Assembly (NCBI GenBank): GCA_965215515.1
Contig: OZ244057.1
Location: 544,001 to 608,000, forward strand
Source of the DNA: Oligoflexales bacterium
GTDB lineage: Bacteria; Bdellovibrionota_B; Oligoflexia; Oligoflexales; JAPPIL01
Direction of reading: 5' to 3'
DNA: 64,000 nt
The translations under genes were made by a program, and so were the position numbers. The notes below the pieces were generated by a model. That model did not search any database. It worked only from the letters and a program-made list of their open reading frames with translations, and was not told the origin of the DNA. This document shows positions 60,705 to 64,000 of this stretch, piece after piece. Within the stretch, counting starts at the first letter, position 1. Each line of letters begins with the position of its first letter.

Positions 60705-61445
60705 TTGACAATGGACACAGAATCGAGCACGCATAGCAATGGGCAGGTGGTACCTGTCTTGGATGAAACGACGTTTGAGACGGTTTCAGCAACTATCCTG
60801 CAGGTAGTGGGTAACACTGTCCCTTTAGTAGGTGCAGTTTCTGGGCTATTTCTGCAGGAAATTTCTGGAAGGCGACTAAAACGATTCAAACTTTATATTG
60901 AGGTACTAAACAACAAGTATGAAAATTTGGAAAAGCTCTGTCACTCTCACGATACGAGACTAAATCTAGTAGAGGAAGGGGTTTACCACGCGACTAGAGC
61001 CTACTCAGAGGAGAGGATAAAGCACATTGCCTCTATCATCGCTAATGGCATCTCTGGCAAGGGAAAAGAGGAAACTGAAGCAAGTCGAATGCTGAAAATT
61101 TTGGCAGAGCTGGAGGACGAGCAGATTATCGTGCTGGCTTACTACTTGGATAAGAACAGGGATAACGAGGAGTTTTACAATACTCACGCCAATGTGTTGG
61201 AACAAAAGATTGACTTCATCGGTGGTGGTATTGAGCGATCAGACGAGGCTACAATGCAGGAAACAGCCAAGCTACAACTTGTTCGCCTCGGACTGTTGCA
61301 GCATATTTTCAAAAAGCCACGCGAAGGCGAAATTCCTGATTTCGACCCGAAAACTGGCATGATTAAAGCATCGGGTTACATGCTGACTTGGCAAGGCAGC
61401 ATGTTTTTGCGCTACCTCGGTCTTGCTGAACCAGGGGAACTTTGA
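60705..61445 (+). CDS. hypothetical protein (DUF4393/Abi-alpha-like layout)
   Basis: VPLVG N-terminus, IASIIAN...KIL.EL...I..L helical core and wHTH-like C-terminus; SD gaggag. Confidence 0.55.
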   Translation: MTMDTESSTHSNGQVVPVLDETTFETVSATILQVVGNTVPLVGAVSGLFLQEISGRRLKRFKLYIEVLNNKYENLEKLCHSHDTRLNLVEEGVYHATRAYSEERIKHIASIIANGISGKGKEETEASRMLKILAELEDEQIIVLAYYLDKNRDNEEFYNTHANVLEQKIDFIGGGIERSDEATMQETAKLQLVRLGLLQHIFKKPREGEIPDFDPKTGMIKASGYMLTWQGSMFLRYLGLAEPGEL

Positions 61446-61458
61446 GGGTTATGTACAC

Positions 61459-62817
61459 ATGAAAAAAGACAAATCAGGCAAAAGATATGCTTTCCCCTTT
61501 GGAATATTCCAAAGAGGAGTGATTGACATTACACTCAGCAAGTGGGAAATTCTCAAGCAATTGACCTTCATTCAGAAAATTTTGTTTCTGCTGGGACTTC
61601 GACACGAGAAAAATATTGAAGACATGGAGCGTAGAATCACTAATTTAGCTACAAGAATTTCTCATGATGAAATTTTTGGTTACGACTCTGATTTTGGAAA
61701 GCAGTTGTTCACAATCAACATGGAAGTTGGCAAGAGAAATTGGGATGTGGAAAAGAACCTTACACCTAAAGATTTAGAAAAAGCTGATGCCATCGTAGAC
61801 TCCAATCGTATAATAAGAAATAGGTTTATCGGTTTAGTGTCAGAGCCTCCGCTAAACATGTCTCTTATTGATGCTGATCCAGAAGTATGCCTAACCATTG
61901 TTCCAATGACCCCTTATGTGCTAGTGCAAAGCATTCGCTATTTTATTGATGTAAATCCGCACTACACATTTTCTGCCATTAGACAATCAAACCATCAGTA
62001 CAAGGATGAATTGATCGCATATCTCTACGAGTTGCTTGACCTCCAAGCAAAAAATGCCATGAGCTTGCTGGGGTTCTTAGAATTGTGTCACACTATCCAG
62101 CAAAAGAAGGGGTATTCTTCACTTATCAAGGAGGAACAGGACGCTTCCGAGAAAGCCAACTTGATTATAATTAGACTAAAATCATTTATAGAAAAAGTTA
62201 CAGCATTTGTAGGGGTGATATACGGGGACACTTCTGTAGATTCTTCTAATAAGCACAAATCACGTGAGAAAAAAATTGCCAGCCATATCAGAGAAAGCCA
62301 CAAGAAGCACCCTTACTACCAACAACTCACTGCTTATATTAAACGAGAAAACTTTGCAGAGCTTGACAACTATAGAACTGGTATTTTGCACAAAAAGGGG
62401 TCATCTGAAATGCAGCCCCATAGTTTTGTGGGAAAGAAATTTGACGAAACCCCTCTCAGAAAACTTCTTGGGGTAATTATGGAACACCGACAAAGGAGTT
62501 CAACAGCATTGATAAGTGCATTAGCGATTATGACTGACGAACTTGTAAACATGGAAGCACCGGAAAAGCGTTTCGTGATGTTTATGGATCTGCTTGAACT
62601 CACAAACACGCTATATCCTGACAAAAAGGAAAAGCAAATCAACATGCTTCCTGCTATGTTGCCAAAGCTTTTTATCATGTGCGAGGAGTATTTTGGGGTT
62701 GACGAGCCACAAGACGCTGATCAGTCAGCAGATGTTGAGAAGTCAGCACAAGCTGGAGAGCAACATGAGGGTAAGCAACAGACAGACAAACATCCACAAG
62801 GGGACAAACAGTCGTAG
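61459..62817 (+). CDS. hypothetical protein with HEPN-like RxxxxH motif
   Basis: LDNYRTGILHK in a helical region; likely co-transcribed with the upstream ORF. Confidence 0.55.
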   Translation: MKKDKSGKRYAFPFGIFQRGVIDITLSKWEILKQLTFIQKILFLLGLRHEKNIEDMERRITNLATRISHDEIFGYDSDFGKQLFTINMEVGKRNWDVEKNLTPKDLEKADAIVDSNRIIRNRFIGLVSEPPLNMSLIDADPEVCLTIVPMTPYVLVQSIRYFIDVNPHYTFSAIRQSNHQYKDELIAYLYELLDLQAKNAMSLLGFLELCHTIQQKKGYSSLIKEEQDASEKANLIIIRLKSFIEKVTAFVGVIYGDTSVDSSNKHKSREKKIASHIRESHKKHPYYQQLTAYIKRENFAELDNYRTGILHKKGSSEMQPHSFVGKKFDETPLRKLLGVIMEHRQRSSTALISALAIMTDELVNMEAPEKRFVMFMDLLELTNTLYPDKKEKQINMLPAMLPKLFIMCEEYFGVDEPQDADQSADVEKSAQAGEQHEGKQQTDKHPQGDKQS

Positions 62818-63065
62818 TAGCAAAACAACCATGCACACAACTAGTGGTACCCCGTAACTTGTTCTACAATATTTCACACTTTTTCCCATGAAAACTCAAA
62901 GTTTTTCTACCAATTTTCTCATCACACTATTCTGTTGAAATCATTGAATAGCCTAGTTTTCGCTACGAAACGTTGTAGATACATTTCTACGACACCTTGC
63001 AGAAGTTAATACTTAAAAAATTTCTTTCCAAGCAGTTCTAGTCGTTTAGCTAAAAAAGTAAATTT

Positions 63066-63081
63066 TGGCACACTCCTTGTA
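63066..63081 (+). promoter_or_regulatory. possible sigma-54 promoter
   Basis: TGGCAC-ACTCC-TTGTA (correct spacing, GT instead of GC at -12). Confidence 0.4.
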
Positions 63082-63123
63082 ATGCCTCTCTTTGCAAACG
63101 TTAACACAGTGAGGGAGAACACT

Positions 63124-63594
63124 ATGAGCAACGCGCAAGGAAAGCCATGGCTGAACGAGGATGGCAGCACCAAGTCGGACGAGGAGTTGAGGGAGATTAC
63201 CCCGAACTGGGGGGAGAGTATTTGGGAAAAATACCTCTCTACATTTGAGGTTAAACAGAAAGAAGATTCTGTTTTATCACCTTCTATAGTGGACACCTTC
63301 TCCGCAGAGGAATGTGCCGGATTGTTATTTTCCCTAGCAAGTGAGGAGAAACATCTCTGCCTCAAGGTTGCGCTCAATGTCTGTATCCGTGAGCTTTCCC
63401 CCAGACAAAGGGACATCATTATTGGCTACTACTGGGATGGTAAAACGGTCAATGAAATGGCTGCAAGCATGGGGATCAGCACACAAGCTGTATACAAGGC
63501 TATGAGAGTGGCTTTAGCAAAGCTAAAGGCAAGCCTGACAAGTGGTTCGATGCAGAAGCGGATGATGGCAGCAAGAGAAATACTGGCCTCCTGA
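63124..63594 (+). CDS. sigma-70 region-4 domain protein
   Basis: ELSPRQRDII...GKTVNEMAASMGIS..AV; ATG at 63124 with SD. Confidence 0.8.
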   Translation: MSNAQGKPWLNEDGSTKSDEELREITPNWGESIWEKYLSTFEVKQKEDSVLSPSIVDTFSAEECAGLLFSLASEEKHLCLKVALNVCIRELSPRQRDIIIGYYWDGKTVNEMAASMGISTQAVYKAMRVALAKLKASLTSGSMQKRMMAAREILAS

Positions 63595-63689
63595 GGTTTA
63601 CAAAAGGTTGGTATTTAGTCTTTTTGGTTGGTTATTTCCCTATTAGTGAGGGGACAATTTTTTTAATCACCAATTTAGGAGGTCACATA

Positions 63690-63941
63690 ATGCCCGCAAA
63701 ATTTTCAGTTGAAGATCAGATTATCGCTAGGTCATTGTCGAGAAAGCTGCGTCCCAGACAGCGGAAGGCGATTGTGCTGCGATTTTGGTACGAGTACTCG
63801 ATTTTTGAGGTAGCCAAGTCCCTAAGGGTAAGCTGGGAGGATGCAGACAGAACCATTAAGGACGCACTGGCCAAGCTAAAGCAAGATTGTATGGAGCAGC
63901 CGCACTTCTCAAGAGCCTTGAAACTACCGTTTGCCGCATAG
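63690..63941 (+). CDS. small sigma-70 region-4 domain protein
   Basis: LRPRQRKAIVLRFW...EVAKSL.VS; SD aggaggt. Confidence 0.75.
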   Translation: MPAKFSVEDQIIARSLSRKLRPRQRKAIVLRFWYEYSIFEVAKSLRVSWEDADRTIKDALAKLKQDCMEQPHFSRALKLPFAA

Positions 63942-63955
63942 TGCTAGGAGGGAAA

Positions 63956-64000
63956 ATGAAGGTGTTTGATGTTTTTAAGGGGCGTAAACGCAGAAGTGGC
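63956..64000 (+). CDS. partial ORF running off the window
   Basis: SD aggaggg followed by ATG. Confidence 0.45.
   Translation, partial: MKVFDVFKGRKRRSG

Larger units (their letters stand above)
34990..64000. mobile_element. integrative genomic island / degenerate ICE-like region (right end lies beyond the window)
   Basis: Visible shift to AT-richer sequence after cmoB; serine recombinases, replication-relaxation protein, TA and defence genes, many pseudogenes. Left boundary approximate. Confidence 0.75.

Overview
The window has two halves. Bases 1 to ~34,950 are GC-richer core chromosome of a Gram-negative bacterium; gene styles suggest Bdellovibrionota/Oligoflexia, which is inference only. 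This half carries an Rpn nuclease, tatD, an HtrA-like protease, rpsR-rpmB-small ORF-rpsT, nupC, oleCD, asnB, a resolvase, a signal-peptide ankyrin-Clp ATPase fusion, comEC, nrdJ, a cysteine desulfurase, lon, miaA, tkt, a type IV pilin and cmoB. From ~35,000 to the end is an AT-richer, partly decayed integrative island. It holds radical-SAM, methyltransferase, AbiEii and serine-recombinase pseudogenes, a replication-relaxation protein, and a DUF1998 helicase paired with a protein ending in an L13e-like domain. It also holds rmuC, an intact AbiE toxin-antitoxin pair bracketed by 31-bp direct repeats, a HEPN-motif protein and sigma-70 region-4 genes. The best candidate for an undescribed system is the minus-strand operon at 52,603-58,462. 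It runs: consensus sigma-54 promoter, NtrC-type activator, 68-aa exported His-tailed peptide, peptide-binding SBP, HExxH peptide-modifying enzyme, membrane hybrid histidine kinase. This is the layout expected of a self-inducing modified-peptide (RiPP) quorum-sensing circuit. No tRNA, rRNA or CRISPR array was seen.
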